Assembly (NCBI GenBank): GCA_035403465.1
Contig: DAONFG010000005.1
Location: 4,479-68,478, forward strand
Direction of reading: 5' to 3'
DNA: 64,000 nucleotides
Source of the DNA: Spirochaetota bacterium
GTDB lineage: Bacteria; Spirochaetota; UBA4802; UBA5550
The notes below the pieces were generated by a model. The model did not search any database, was not told where the DNA came from, and was given only the letters and a program-made list of their open reading frames with translations. A program made the position numbers and the translations under genes. Position 1 is the first letter of the stretch; each line of letters opens with the position of its first letter. Positions 36,231 through 46,120 of the stretch are shown in pieces.

Positions 36231-36955
36231 ATAATGAAGAACTGCTCGGTGCTGTAATAAATAAGTATAAACTGGATGAACCGGTGCCTGCCGGCGTGCG
36301 CCGGTCAATGGAACAGTCAAGAAACGATAACCTTGTCAAAATACTCAAACAGGATGCACAGCACGCACTCTTCATCTCTGCTGTTGTTTCATTTTTCCTG
36401 TGGATAAAAAAGTTCGGCGTTTCAGTATCAATTGTTAAAAGTGCCGCTGCAGTGACTGCTGCCATTGCAATCGGTGCAGGTGCTATAACAGCAGCCGGCG
36501 TGTACGGTACTGTAAAAATAACCGGGTATTTACATGGAACAAATAAAGATGCAACAGGTACAGTGCTGACTGTCGCCCGTGAGGAAAAGGTCAGCGCCGG
36601 ACCTGAAGTGATAACCTACTCTCTTGCAGTTTCACAGGTTGAAATGGACGATGCAGCAGGCAATGTTCTGTCAGGGTATACTGATACTGTGATAAAGGAG
36701 CTTCGCCGCAGCAGTGGACCCAGGGCAGCCGTGAATTTTGACATGCTCGACAGTTTCCATAAGGCTGACAGGATTCTCAGTGTATCAATCATTAAGCTCG
36801 ATGAAAAATCACACTCTGTTTTCCGGATCTCTGCAAAGATTATCAGCAGCACAAATTCGCAGGTGTTAAAGCATGTGTCTGAAACCGTGAGCAGGGAAGA
36901 CGAAATTCCGGATGCTTTGCGAATCCTCGCAGTGAAAGTTTCGGCCGGGCTGTGA
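36227..36955 (+). CDS. Probable anti-sigma factor: cytoplasmic N-terminus, one TM, CsgG/FlgO-like periplasmic domain
   Basis: ATGA overlap with the sigma gene; Ala-rich TM; ADRILSVSIIKL..RISAKIISSTNSQVL. Confidence 0.6.
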   Translation: MNNEELLGAVINKYKLDEPVPAGVRRSMEQSRNDNLVKILKQDAQHALFISAVVSFFLWIKKFGVSVSIVKSAAAVTAAIAIGAGAITAAGVYGTVKITGYLHGTNKDATGTVLTVAREEKVSAGPEVITYSLAVSQVEMDDAAGNVLSGYTDTVIKELRRSSGPRAAVNFDMLDSFHKADRILSVSIIKLDEKSHSVFRISAKIISSTNSQVLKHVSETVSREDEIPDALRILAVKVSAGL

Positions 36956-37195
36956 CTTATCACCGCCCGGACTTATATTTAATCCCTGCACTGTTTTTCC
37001 CTCAAAACATTATTTACTTGCAAATATTCAGCCCGTCTGTAATATTTTAATAATCATATATTTTACACAAATATATCATAAAATATATGGGAGTTGCTCA
37101 AAAATATCACTATTATTAAAATGAAGTTTTCCGGTATAACCATGTTCAGGTTAATAATGGTTTGCGGATGACGCAATTATTATCCCGGGGACAGG

Positions 37196-39268
37196 ATGAA
37201 GCAGGATATAAAAAATGTTGTAAAAAAAATTATCATCACGGAAGGTGTGCGTGATTCCGTTGTAATCCCCGCAGGCATTAATGATGAAATAATTTTTAGC
37301 GTAAACCCCGTTGAGGTAATCGATTCGTTCATGCTTGAATCCGTCGACACGATCCTCTTCACCGTTCTTGTCATACCCATGAAGATGTACAAAGAGGTTT
37401 ACAAGCACCTCAACTTCGTTGACTATTCAAGAATTTTCTACCAGATGCTCCTGATCGGCGATGACAGGGAACTCATAGACCAGGATCTTGACAGGCTCTA
37501 CCACATATGCGATTTCCTGCCGTCAAGAGTAAGTGATACCAAAATGCGTTTTATCATAGATAAATCGTTTTCCATAATAGAAAAATATTTCCAGAACGAA
37601 CAGAAAAAAATCTGGTACTACAACAGGCTGGTTGACGCGCAGCGTGACCAGGAGGACCTGATAAACATCGGCAAGTCACTCTCCGGTGAAAAGGACATGG
37701 AGAAGCTGCTGCGGCTTATACTTTATCTAAGCAAGAAAATTACGGGAGCTGACGCCGGCAGTATATACCTGGTTGAAGAGGATGAATCAGGCACCAAGAG
37801 GTTGAGGTTCAAATATTCACATACGTTTTCACGAGTGATCCCGCTCGAGGAATTTGTCATGGACATGAACAAGAAGTCCATATCGGGATATGTTGCAGTG
37901 ACCGGCGAGGTCCTTAACATTCCCGACGCTTATAAAATCTCCGAGCTTGCTCCCTACAAGTTCAATCCCTATTTCGACAGGCAGCATAACTATATAAGCC
38001 GTTCCCAGCTGGTTGTACCCATGAAAAATCACCTCAATGAAATAATCGGTGTTATCCAGCTCCTTAACAGCAAGGAGGATCATCGTGCCGGAAAAAAATA
38101 CGAGAACGAAGCGTTCGAAATACAGCTAGACACGCTGAAAGATTTTGACGAATACGTTGTCACCTTTGATGAAAGGTATAACAGCCTGATGGAGGCTATT
38201 GCCGGCCAGGCCGCAGTCACCATCGAAAACAACAGGCTGATCAACCAGATACAGATGCAGTTCGAAGAATTTGTGAAGGCTTCGGTAACGGCGATAGAAT
38301 CCCGGGACCCGGCAACATCAGGTCACTCGTTCCGCGTAGCCGAGATATGCAAGGAGCTTGCCACTGCTGTAAATGATATTTCAACAGGCTACCTGGGCAG
38401 TTTCCACTTTACCGAAAACGACATACGGGAGCTCGAATTCGCGTCGCTTCTGCATGACTTCGGAAAGGTTTATATTGACCTGAATATTTTCCAGAAAGCC
38501 AAAAAGCTCTATCCCAAAGATTTGGAAAACCTGAAACTGCGCCTTGATTATCTCTACAGGTTTATGGAACTCGGCTATGATTCGCGCGAGATAGAAATGC
38601 TCGATTCCCTGACACGCGGCAGCGGCAAATGTACAGCAGACGACGTCAGGAACCTTCATGACGAGAAGACCGCCAGGCTCAACCGCATAACAGCAATCAA
38701 GGAAATACTCGTTCAGCTCAATGAACCTACGATAACCGACAGGGATCCCGAGACCATACTTAAAGAGATACTCTCTGAAATTGAAGGCCTTGAATGCATA
38801 GACCCATCCGGCGGAAAGATAGATGTACTCACACTATCGGACCGCACCAATCTCATGATTAAACGCGGCAGCCTTAACGACGAGGAACGCTGCGAGATTG
38901 AAAGCCACGTAATCGAGACATATAAATTCGTGAGCAAAATTCCATGGCCACCTGAATACAGGCGCATACCTGAGATAGCGCTGAGGCACCATGAAAAACT
39001 GGACGGAACAGGATACCCGGACAGGCTTAAAGGACGGGATTCGACATCGCTCCAGTCAAGGATGATGTCCATTGCCGACATATTCGATGCTCTCGTAGCG
39101 CAGGACAGGCCGTATAAAAAATCAGTCCCGATCGACAGGGTGATCAAGATACTAAAGGAGGAAGCCGGGGCCAACAAGCTTGACCCGGACCTTGTTAATC
39201 TCTTTATCGACAAAAAAATCTACATGAAATTTATAAGCCAGGAACAACGCGAGCAGATGCTCAACTGA
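37196..39268 (+). CDS. GAF plus HD-GYP cyclic-di-GMP phosphodiesterase
   Basis: ADAGSIYLV..IIGVIQLLN GAF; LHDFGK, HHEKLDGTGYP, IADIFDAL. Confidence 0.92.
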   Translation: MKQDIKNVVKKIIITEGVRDSVVIPAGINDEIIFSVNPVEVIDSFMLESVDTILFTVLVIPMKMYKEVYKHLNFVDYSRIFYQMLLIGDDRELIDQDLDRLYHICDFLPSRVSDTKMRFIIDKSFSIIEKYFQNEQKKIWYYNRLVDAQRDQEDLINIGKSLSGEKDMEKLLRLILYLSKKITGADAGSIYLVEEDESGTKRLRFKYSHTFSRVIPLEEFVMDMNKKSISGYVAVTGEVLNIPDAYKISELAPYKFNPYFDRQHNYISRSQLVVPMKNHLNEIIGVIQLLNSKEDHRAGKKYENEAFEIQLDTLKDFDEYVVTFDERYNSLMEAIAGQAAVTIENNRLINQIQMQFEEFVKASVTAIESRDPATSGHSFRVAEICKELATAVNDISTGYLGSFHFTENDIRELEFASLLHDFGKVYIDLNIFQKAKKLYPKDLENLKLRLDYLYRFMELGYDSREIEMLDSLTRGSGKCTADDVRNLHDEKTARLNRITAIKEILVQLNEPTITDRDPETILKEILSEIEGLECIDPSGGKIDVLTLSDRTNLMIKRGSLNDEERCEIESHVIETYKFVSKIPWPPEYRRIPEIALRHHEKLDGTGYPDRLKGRDSTSLQSRMMSIADIFDALVAQDRPYKKSVPIDRVIKILKEEAGANKLDPDLVNLFIDKKIYMKFISQEQREQMLN

Positions 39269-39277
39269 AAATCCCGC

Positions 39278-39706
39278 CTATCCTGGCAGCTCTGAACTGT
39301 CAGTAGTTACAAGCAGAATAATTGGAAGTTCAACTGATGCCGCAAGCGTGCGGAAAAGTACTACGGCAACGTCAAACCCGGACAGGGGTATACCGGGAAC
39401 CATACGAATCACCACAAATGCAACAGACCATGCGAAGTGAATATCCATCAGCAGGAGCTGAATCTTTCTGCTCGAGGGATTATCGTTAAACAGTATTATT
39501 ACATGCAGAGTAAGGAGCACGGTCAGGACAAGTCCGGCAGTGAGGGCAACCGGCTTACCGTACAGAAAGTTCAGGAAAATGAAAAGAAGTATGATTTCAG
39601 CGTAGAAGAGCGTTGAAATATATGGAAGGGCTGAATGTGCCCTGCTGCGCAAGAGTTCAAAATAGCTCATAATATTGTCCTGTGAATAATTGTCAATATT
39701 CCGCAT
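39278..39706 (-). CDS. Hypothetical membrane protein
   Basis: About 4 hydrophobic segments in 142 aa. Confidence 0.6.
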   Translation of the reverse strand: MRNIDNYSQDNIMSYFELLRSRAHSALPYISTLFYAEIILLFIFLNFLYGKPVALTAGLVLTVLLTLHVIILFNDNPSSRKIQLLLMDIHFAWSVAFVVIRMVPGIPLSGFDVAVVLFRTLAASVELPIILLVTTDSSELPG

Positions 39707-39818
39707 AAATACTGCCGTAAATGTATAATCCTGCCTGAAATTACAACAACCATAATGTAAATAAAATTATTGTCAACCAATACCTGTGTAATATACTGGC
39801 TGTAAGAGGGGAAACAGG

Positions 39819-40757
39819 TTGGAAGATAAAATTATTGTAGTAGTACCCGAAGAATACAACCTTGAAAGGATAGACCGTTTTCTTGCCGGCAACCTTGACG
39901 AGGACCTTTCACGTTCGCTTATCCAGAAATACATCAGGGACAGCCTTATAACAGTGAACAGCGCACCTGTGCGATCAAACTACAAGGTGAAAACCGATGA
40001 CGAAATCATCATCACATTCCCTGAAGTTCCGGAATGCGGAATTGAACTTATTCCCGAAAACATTCCCCTTGATATTATCTACCAGGATGAACATATCGTC
40101 GTGATTAACAAGCAGCCCGGACTTGTTGTGCATCCCGGCCACGGCAATAATACCGGCACGCTTGTGAACGCGCTCCTGTACCATGTAAAGCAGCTCTCGA
40201 CCGATGGTGAACCCGAACGGCCGGGCATTGTGCACAGGCTCGACAGGGATACTGCCGGACTCATGATCGCCGCTAAAACCAATGAGGCTTACCATGGTCT
40301 TGTTGACGGTTTTACTAAAAGGCTGATGGACAAACGATACCAGGCAATAGTCACCGGTAAACCTAAAAAAGAACATGGTATAATCGAACTCCCCATTGCA
40401 AGGCACAAAAAATACAGGCAGAAAATGTCAGTAGACGAAGACGGCAGGGAGGCTATCACCGAATACTGGATTGCAAAAATCTGGCAGAAGATGAACGGAA
40501 CCTTTACCCTCATAGACATCAAAATCCATACAGGGCGGACTCACCAGATACGCGTGCATATGTCCGCAACAGGCAACCCTGTTATCGGCGATCAGATATA
40601 CTCAAAGAAATGGGAAAAACATAAAGTGCCCTACCTGCTCCTGGCCTCAACATCGCTCAGCTTTGACCACCCTGTTACAGGTGAACGTCTTTCATTCACA
40701 ATACCGCTGCCGCAGCATATGGCTGAATTCATGGAAAAACTTGAGAGGATGGAATAG
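39819..40757 (+). CDS. rluD: RluA-family pseudouridine synthase (RluD-like) with S4 domain
   Basis: RIDRFL S4 domain; INKQPGLVVHPG; HRLDRDTAG; TGRTHQIRVH. Confidence 0.9.
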   Translation: MEDKIIVVVPEEYNLERIDRFLAGNLDEDLSRSLIQKYIRDSLITVNSAPVRSNYKVKTDDEIIITFPEVPECGIELIPENIPLDIIYQDEHIVVINKQPGLVVHPGHGNNTGTLVNALLYHVKQLSTDGEPERPGIVHRLDRDTAGLMIAAKTNEAYHGLVDGFTKRLMDKRYQAIVTGKPKKEHGIIELPIARHKKYRQKMSVDEDGREAITEYWIAKIWQKMNGTFTLIDIKIHTGRTHQIRVHMSATGNPVIGDQIYSKKWEKHKVPYLLLASTSLSFDHPVTGERLSFTIPLPQHMAEFMEKLERME

Positions 40758-40883
40758 CACGCGGGATTCCTGCTTCACTTGGGCTAGATCATTATTCTAT
40801 AAAAATTTGTTGACCGGAAATTAATTGCCTGCACGGAGTATTCTTTACCAGTCTGCATAATCTATACCGCCAGGAGAAGCCCG

Positions 40884-41516
40884 ATGGCCACACTACTCCA
40901 GAAATTCAGAAACACAGGCCTGCTGGTACTTATGCCTGTTGTTAAACTCATCGGGAAGATCATGCCCCCCTTCTCGAAAAAAGATCCCATGATCAACTTC
41001 TATAGAATACTTAGCCTGCTGCAGCCGATGGACATCATTCTCACTACATCGCGCGGGCACATGAGCAACCTGTTCAATCCCGGCAAATACAAGCATGCCA
41101 TCGCGTATATCGGTATAGAAAAGGGAATACCACAGATCATTGAATCAACAGGTGAAGGTGTAAACCAGCGTACACTCATCGAATGCATGTCAACCAAGGA
41201 TGCCATTGCAGTGCTGCGTCCAAACAAACAGGTGTTTGCAAACAAAAAGCAGCTACAGAAAGCAATTAACTGGCTCAAGATGCAGAAGGGTAAACCTTAT
41301 GATTACGTGTTCGACATGAACTCACAGAAAAAATTTAAAAACTTCTTCTGCAGCGAACTGATATACTATGCGATAAAGGAAGTGAATCCGGATACAAATT
41401 TTGTTCTCATGGAGACTTTCGGTGTGCCAACTGTTTCACCCATGGACTTCTACAAGGCAAAGAAAAAATTTGATCTTGTATATGAGACAGGCATGAGGGA
41501 TATGCTGAGTGAATAG
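40884..41516 (+). CDS. YiiX/YebB-like permuted NlpC/P60 cysteine hydrolase
   Basis: LQPMDIIL, YKHAIAY, GKPYDY, FFCSELIY. Confidence 0.85.
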   Translation: MATLLQKFRNTGLLVLMPVVKLIGKIMPPFSKKDPMINFYRILSLLQPMDIILTTSRGHMSNLFNPGKYKHAIAYIGIEKGIPQIIESTGEGVNQRTLIECMSTKDAIAVLRPNKQVFANKKQLQKAINWLKMQKGKPYDYVFDMNSQKKFKNFFCSELIYYAIKEVNPDTNFVLMETFGVPTVSPMDFYKAKKKFDLVYETGMRDMLSE

Positions 41517-41587
41517 TCTTATACTATAATCCAGGATGTTGACATGACCTGAGTTAAAATGAACATATAAAACATTTAACCCGGTAA

Positions 41588-42556
41588 TTAATAATTAATC
41601 CCCACGGCATCCTTGACTTTTTTTAATGTCACAACAGCAACCTCACGGGTCTTGTCGGCACCCATCTTCATTATCCTGTAGACCTCTGCGGGATCGTTCT
41701 CGTAGATTTTTCTCTTCTCCCTGTAGGGCCTGAAGTACTCAGTCATCAGTTCCAGGAGCTCCTTCTTTGCCTGGCCGTAACCGGTTCCGCCCTTCAGGTA
41801 GCGCTCTTTCATGTCTGCCAGCTGCGCGTCGCTGGCGAAGAGTTTATACAGTGCAAAGACGTTGCATTTTGACGGGTCCTTTGGTTCCTCGACCGGTGTA
41901 GAGTCTGTCAGAATGCTCATGACTTTTTTCTTCAGCGACTTTTCATCTTCAAAGATCTCGATGGCATTGCCGTAACTCTTCGACATCTTTTCTCCGTCAA
42001 TGCCGGGGATCACAGCTATCTCCTCCTGGATCTCCTCTTCTGGGATCACAAAAATCTCGCCGTACTTATGGTTGAACGACTGTGCTATGTCGCGCGTAAT
42101 CTCGATGTGCTGCTTCTGGTCCCTGCCCACTGGAACTATATTTGCGTCATAAAGTAAAATGTCAGCAGCCATGAGTACGGGATATGTGTAGAGCCCGGTA
42201 TTGGGAACAAGTCCCCTGGCAATCTTGTCCTTGTAACTGTGGCTCCTCTCGAGCAGTCCAAGCGATGTATGGCACGAAAGTATCCAGGTAAGCTCGGTCA
42301 CCTCTGGAACGTCGGACTGCACCCAGAAGTAGCATTTGTCAGGATCAAGGCCCAGCGCGAGGAAATCCATTGCGGCGTTAAGTGTGTTGCGTTTCAGTTC
42401 CGCACCGTCCTGCAGGCTTGTCATTGCATGGTAATTGACTATGAAACAGAAGAGTTCGCTCTTCTCCTGCATCTCGATCATCCTCTTCATCATGGCGAAA
42501 TAGTTACCTATATGAAGAGCACCTGACGGCTGTATCCCTGAAAGTACCCTGGCCAT
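41588..42556 (-). CDS. trpS: Tryptophan--tRNA ligase
   Basis: SGIQPSGALHIGNY (HIGH), VPVGRDQKQH, KMSKS; start ATG 42556. Confidence 0.97.
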   Translation of the reverse strand: MARVLSGIQPSGALHIGNYFAMMKRMIEMQEKSELFCFIVNYHAMTSLQDGAELKRNTLNAAMDFLALGLDPDKCYFWVQSDVPEVTELTWILSCHTSLGLLERSHSYKDKIARGLVPNTGLYTYPVLMAADILLYDANIVPVGRDQKQHIEITRDIAQSFNHKYGEIFVIPEEEIQEEIAVIPGIDGEKMSKSYGNAIEIFEDEKSLKKKVMSILTDSTPVEEPKDPSKCNVFALYKLFASDAQLADMKERYLKGGTGYGQAKKELLELMTEYFRPYREKRKIYENDPAEVYRIMKMGADKTREVAVVTLKKVKDAVGINY

Positions 42557-42743
42557 AAAAACCCCCGTAAACTGAAACAATAAACCGGTTTCCCGGACAA
42601 TGATTTAATATCATCAAGTTAAATGCGTTTCGCTGGACAAACCGCTAAAACTGCCTGTTATTGACTGCTAACAAAAAATGGTGTCAATAAAAAATTTTCT
42701 TGAATAGTCAAACGCTATAATGTATAGATACAAATGACTTGTA

Positions 42744-42808
42744 GCAAAACTCCGTTTTGCATTGGAAGGAGAGCCCCTGCGGGGCTCTTTTCGGGGGCTT
42801 CGCCCCCG
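42744..42808. other. Three tandem GC-rich hairpins in the trpS/DUF2892 divergent gap
   Basis: GCAAAAC-TCC-GTTTTGC; AGAGCCCC-TGC-GGGGCTCT-TTT; CGGGGGC-TTC-GCCCCCG. Confidence 0.55.
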
Positions 42809-42906
42809 GCCCCAGGTTAAAAAAGAGAAAAGCAGCAAGTCTATTTATAAAAACAGGCCCTTGGTGGCCGGTTTAAAAGAAATTATGTATTCTAAAGGAG
42901 TTTGCC

Positions 42907-43143
42907 ATGCAGGTTAATATGGGGAGCGTTGACAGGTTTATAAGGTTTATGGTAGGAGCAGCATTTTTAGTTAACATCATTATTCTTGAGCCGGGTGTAG
43001 CGGGCACAATAATTCTGCTGGTTCTCGGTGGAGTAATGTGGTTCAATTCATGGACAGGATACTGTCCCGCATACACACCGCTGGGAATCTGCACATGCGG
43101 CGGAACATGCCAGTGCGGATGTGACGAAAAAAAAGCTGAATAA
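42907..43143 (+). CDS. DUF2892 (YgaP-like) small membrane protein
   Basis: NMGSVDRFIR..TGYCPAYTPLGI; Cys-rich tail. Confidence 0.88.
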   Translation: MQVNMGSVDRFIRFMVGAAFLVNIIILEPGVAGTIILLVLGGVMWFNSWTGYCPAYTPLGICTCGGTCQCGCDEKKAE

Positions 43144-43147
43144 GCTG

Positions 43148-43182
43148 AAAAAAAAGTCCGGCAAAACGCCGGACTTTTTTTT
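43148..43182. terminator. Bidirectional intrinsic terminator
   Basis: A8-GTCCGGC-AAAAC-GCCGGAC-T8 between convergent genes. Confidence 0.9.
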
Positions 43183-44116
43183 ACCTGCAGCAGTTATCTT
43201 TATGACCTCCGCAGAATTTTCCGTATTCAGCCTGAACCGCAGAGTGATTAATAGCAAACTTTTTATCAAGCAGATCATTGATTTCCCGAATTACAATATC
43301 CGATGAACCTGAATTCTCCTCAAGGCATATGTGACATGAAAGAAAAACCTCTTTCGAATTAATTGACCAGATGTGCAGCCCGTGGAGGCTTTCCACTCCT
43401 GCAACCGAAAGAATCGCATCATAGACCTCATCAGTCTTTATATGTTCGGGAACTCCCTGCAGAAATATCCGTAGTGATTCCCTGATAATACCGAACGCGC
43501 TCCATATAATCATGACACCGATGAAGCAGCTTATTACTATATCCACCCAGTAATTGGATGTAAACCATATTATAATTGCAGCTGCTATTACCGCCACCGA
43601 TGAAACTGCATCAAAAAAAAGGTGCATTGAGGCTGCTCGGATATTCAGGCTCGTGTTACTCCCGTAATTAAGTATAAAAATAGAAATTACGTTTCCGGCA
43701 AGACCAATAAAAGCAACAGGAAGCATAATCCCGAGGTCAACCTGTTGCGGGTTAAGAAACCTCTCCACAGATTCATGGAATATAAAAATACCTATAACAA
43801 CAAGTGTCATCGAATTGATAAGCGCAGTGAGAACTTCGAATCTCTTTAGACCGAACGTATACCTGGCGCCGCTGCTTCTTCCTGAAATCTTTTCCCCGGC
43901 ATAGCCAAGCATTAATGAAAGTACATCTGAAAAATTATGCCCCGCGTCCGATATAAGCGCAAGGCTGCCGGACAGAACGCCGCCCGTATATTCCGCCGCA
44001 GTAATTATCATGTTGACTATTATAACAAGCAGCAGCCTGAAGCTTCCCTCAACATGATGCGCATGGCTGTGCCCGTGGTGGTGATCATGATCGTGACTGC
44101 TCTTGTTTTCCATCAT
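43181..44116 (-). CDS. Cation diffusion facilitator (CzcD-like Zn/Co exporter)
   Basis: His-rich N-terminus; SLALISDAGHN (HD site), ASMHLFFDA, LHGLHIWS. Confidence 0.92.
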   Translation of the reverse strand: MMENKSSHDHDHHHGHSHAHHVEGSFRLLLVIIVNMIITAAEYTGGVLSGSLALISDAGHNFSDVLSLMLGYAGEKISGRSSGARYTFGLKRFEVLTALINSMTLVVIGIFIFHESVERFLNPQQVDLGIMLPVAFIGLAGNVISIFILNYGSNTSLNIRAASMHLFFDAVSSVAVIAAAIIIWFTSNYWVDIVISCFIGVMIIWSAFGIIRESLRIFLQGVPEHIKTDEVYDAILSVAGVESLHGLHIWSINSKEVFLSCHICLEENSGSSDIVIREINDLLDKKFAINHSAVQAEYGKFCGGHKDNCCR

Positions 44117-44430
44117 AACTGATCCCGGTTTTCAAGTATGTGTTCAATCCCGAAGCTGAGAATTGTTTCTATGTGATCATCATCCAGGGAATAAAGTATG
44201 TTTTTCCCGTCACGCCTGGTCCTTACTACATGTGCCTGTTTCAGCACACGAAGCTGGTGTGATACTGCCGATTGAGTCATGTCAACAGTGCCGGAAAGGT
44301 CGTTAACACAGTGCTCCCCCTCCATCAGCGCAGTAAGTATTTTAAGGCGCGCAGGGTCACCAAAGATGCTGAAAAAATCAGCAAGCCTTTCAAATCTCCT
44401 CTCATCCGTTTTTATTCTGCGGCTTTTCAC
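44113..44430 (-). CDS. ArsR/SmtB metalloregulator, alpha5 site (CzrA/SmtB type)
   Basis: GDPARLKIL, QSAVSHQLRVL; DDHIETILSFGIEHILE = DxH-x10-H-x2-E. Confidence 0.9.
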   Translation of the reverse strand: MKSRRIKTDERRFERLADFFSIFGDPARLKILTALMEGEHCVNDLSGTVDMTQSAVSHQLRVLKQAHVVRTRRDGKNILYSLDDDHIETILSFGIEHILENRDQL

Positions 44431-44454
44431 ATCAATCCTCCAATCTTATGAACA

Positions 44455-44472
44455 CATGAACCATTGTTCATG
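44455..44472. promoter_or_regulatory. SmtB/CzrA-type operator
   Basis: CATGAAC-CATT-GTTCATG (TGAA-N6-TTCA), 25 nt upstream of the regulator and downstream of a minus-strand TTGACT (44490-85). Confidence 0.75.
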
Positions 44473-44547
44473 CGATTGCTTAAAAGTCAATAATTTAAAT
44501 AACAGAGCCGGTAAAATTTCATGACACCGAAACAATCCAGTTTCAGG

Positions 44548-44733
44548 CACAGAGAGCACAGAGCATTTCAATATTTTATTCATTTAATCTCTAATAATCT
44601 GAGAGTATGCATTGATAAGTCATGAAATGAATGATTATACATCGGTACATCATCGAATAATAGCTTATATAATCTATGCAGAATCTGACAGACCGAAATA
44701 TAATACAACTCTGCACTCTCTGCGCCTCTGTGG
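44548..44733. repeat. Inverted pair of CACAGAG-unit repeats
   Basis: CACAGAGAGCACAGAG (44548-63) faces CTCTGCACTCTCTGCGCCTCTGTGG (44709-33). Confidence 0.45.
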
Positions 44734-44813
44734 CAAATTACGTCAATAATATGATAAACCCTGATTTTTTTATTGACTGAATTTCCTCCCGGACATAACA
44801 CAAAGTATCCCTG

Positions 44814-45986
44814 ATGGAATTCCGGATGAACCTGTTAAAAAAACTCATAATAGCCATGCTCCTTTTCTATACACTGCCTGCAATAGCCGGCCCGCACGTC
44901 GCAGTGGTCAAAAGCAGGTATGACAACATTGAACTTGTACTCACCACGTACAGGATACCTTATGACCTGATCAGCTACAACGACCTCGGTAATGACGAGA
45001 CCTTTCACAAGTACAGGGCAATCTTTTTCCCCTCAGGCCTTGCCTCGGACTACGAAAACAACCTGGATGTAAGCTGGCAGGGGAAAGAGATAACATCTGT
45101 TAAACTGGGAAAAAACTTTTTCGAACTGGATGACCAAAAGTTCAGGGAAGACCTGAGAGATTTCATCAGGCGCGGGGGCTCCGCATACTTTTCAGGTTAC
45201 GCGTTCAGGGAGCTCTCAAAGGCTTATGATTATTTTGAATTCTTTGAAAATTTTCCCTACATGGGACTGCCCGGCAGACTCGAGGCAACTCTCTATGACG
45301 ACCTGGCCCGGTTCAGCCTTAAAAGAAAATACGCCCTGTACATGGACTATCCGGGATGGATAGCACTGAAGGATGTTGACCATGCACTCGTCCTGTCAGA
45401 GTCCTCATTCGACACACCAAAGGGGGAAAAGTCAGGGCCTGTAAGCGTACTGATCAAAGACGGCGCAGGTGAAATAATCTACACAAGCTATTACAGCACG
45501 GTGTACAGCGAATTCAAGCGTTTCAACATATACAGGGTAGCAGGCTACTCCCTTATGAAAAGGAACAGTTCACATGCCGATGAATTCTTCCAGGACGTAA
45601 CCGGCAGAATTACAGATGCGTTCCACGCAGGTGAGGCTTCACGGACTTACTACTTTGACCTTGGAAAGGGGATCAATACCTTCTACTTTCAGTCGGAGTC
45701 ATCACCGTATATGTTTGAAATTTACGACAGCAACCTGTCATTGGTGGCTTCTGTTGAAAAATACGAGCTGAGCCAGACCTGGACTATATCATCTGCAAAG
45801 ACCGATTACTGCTTTATAACAGTTTATCCCGGCGGGAATGGAAGATATGGAATGCATTCAATTATTTCTGCCAGCGGCACGCTTGTCCCTAAACCTGTAA
45901 AAACAGCGGCAAAAGTGCTTCTTTATACCCTGGGGATTATATTTGCAGCCGCTTTTATCAAGGTCGCCGCATCACGCTTTCTTTAA
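44814..45986 (+). CDS. Hypothetical exported protein with C-terminal membrane anchor
   Basis: Signal peptide; YRAIFFPSG..LRDFIRRGGSAYFSG (GATase-like flavodoxin pattern); C-terminal TM. Confidence 0.65.
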   Translation: MEFRMNLLKKLIIAMLLFYTLPAIAGPHVAVVKSRYDNIELVLTTYRIPYDLISYNDLGNDETFHKYRAIFFPSGLASDYENNLDVSWQGKEITSVKLGKNFFELDDQKFREDLRDFIRRGGSAYFSGYAFRELSKAYDYFEFFENFPYMGLPGRLEATLYDDLARFSLKRKYALYMDYPGWIALKDVDHALVLSESSFDTPKGEKSGPVSVLIKDGAGEIIYTSYYSTVYSEFKRFNIYRVAGYSLMKRNSSHADEFFQDVTGRITDAFHAGEASRTYYFDLGKGINTFYFQSESSPYMFEIYDSNLSLVASVEKYELSQTWTISSAKTDYCFITVYPGGNGRYGMHSIISASGTLVPKPVKTAAKVLLYTLGIIFAAAFIKVAASRFL

Positions 45987-46120
45987 TATTATTAAATATT
46001 TAAAATCCTGTAATAATAATAATTAATACAGTTTTTTTATTTACAGATTAGCTTTTCAATTTATTCATAAATTCTGCAATTTTTCAGCTACAAATCCGTA
46101 AAAAACAGGGGGAGTTTTCG

